Source: Catajapyx aquilonaris
Lineage: Eukaryota
Length of the DNA stretch: 64,000 bases
Reading direction: 5' to 3'
Assembly: GCA_000934665.2 (NCBI GenBank)
Contig: KZ538457.1
Coordinates: forward strand, 1 to 64,000
Position numbers and translations under genes: made by a program. Below are positions 63,476 through 64,000 of this stretch, in pieces. How positions within the stretch are numbered: position 1 is the first letter of the stretch; each line of letters opens with the position of its first letter. Below the pieces are notes generated by a model that was not told the DNA's origin, made no database searches, and worked only from the letters and a program-made list of their open reading frames with translations.

Positions 63476-63802
63476 TTTATTTTTTTTTATGTACCCCGTT
63501 ATAGGGCCATAGGCCCTTATAGGGGAGTGGGACACCACCATTTTTCGTTCGATTTTTTTTTTTCTATATTTTCTTCCAACTCCGGTGCAAGGACGAAAGG
63601 ACATGGGGTAAAGGATAGGGATTTTTTGGGGAGGGAACATAGGTGCAAGTCCCCCAGGAGGTTAGGTTGCCAGACACCTCCTTGGTGCAGGTCAGGGACC
63701 CTCCCGACACAGGTGAAAGGAAAGTTCCCCAGGCGGGGATCGAACCTGGGGCCTTTCACTCAGCAAGCCGTGACGTTACCATCACGGCCACCACACCTCC
63801 CC
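63476..63802 (-). mobile_element. tRNA-derived SINE, family B
   Basis: TSD actacatgtaat at 63464-63475 and 63804-63815. Confidence 0.88.
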
Positions 63803-63943
63803 AACTACATGTAATATAAATTGCTGTTGGTGTTTTTGTTATTGTTATTATTGCATCCTAAATTCACACTGACCGAATAGATAAAAAACGTTGAAACCTG
63901 GACTTAAAATTTGCACCTTAGTAGACCTATATACCATGATAAA

Positions 63944-64000
63944 GGGCGACTCGGTGGCGGAGTGGTCAGCACCGCAGCCTTCCACCTCTAAGGTCCCGAG
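63944..64000 (+). mobile_element. Family-E SINE head, cut by the window edge
   Basis: gggcgactcggtggcggagtggtcagcaccgcagccttccacctctaaggtcccgag matches the reverse complement of 40859-40915. Confidence 0.75.

Overview
Eukaryotic (invertebrate, probably arthropod) genomic DNA, AT-rich and dense in repeats. It has spliceosomal GT-AG introns, a 27-N gap at 26302-26328 and a single N at 39739. Two spliced protein-coding genes can be reconstructed by hand, both on the minus strand. The first is a complete 12-exon TMEM145-like seven-transmembrane (GOST/GpcrRhopsn4 family) gene at 30053-34294, about 580 aa. The second is a 5'-incomplete GABPA/Ets97D-type ETS factor (OST + PNT + ETS domains) with five coding exons at 45384-58577. 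The rest is a mosaic of at least six tRNA-headed SINE families, decayed mariner, rosa/DD41D-type Tc1/mariner, pogo, hAT (Buster/Charlie), Sola-like and TTAA elements, and many palindromic MITEs, several of them nested. Most notable observations: (1) the TMEM145 C-terminal tail carries all three classical ESCRT late-domain motifs (PSAP, PPPY, LYPxL) and the gene has a CLEAR-type E-box just upstream; (2) unrelated SINE families share a covarying 3' stem-loop; (3) a 370-bp insertion has an 11-bp TSD and a 292-bp palindrome that is internal rather than terminal. No prokaryotic-type system, CRISPR array, rRNA or intact tRNA gene is supported. Family assignments come from motif recognition, not from database searches.
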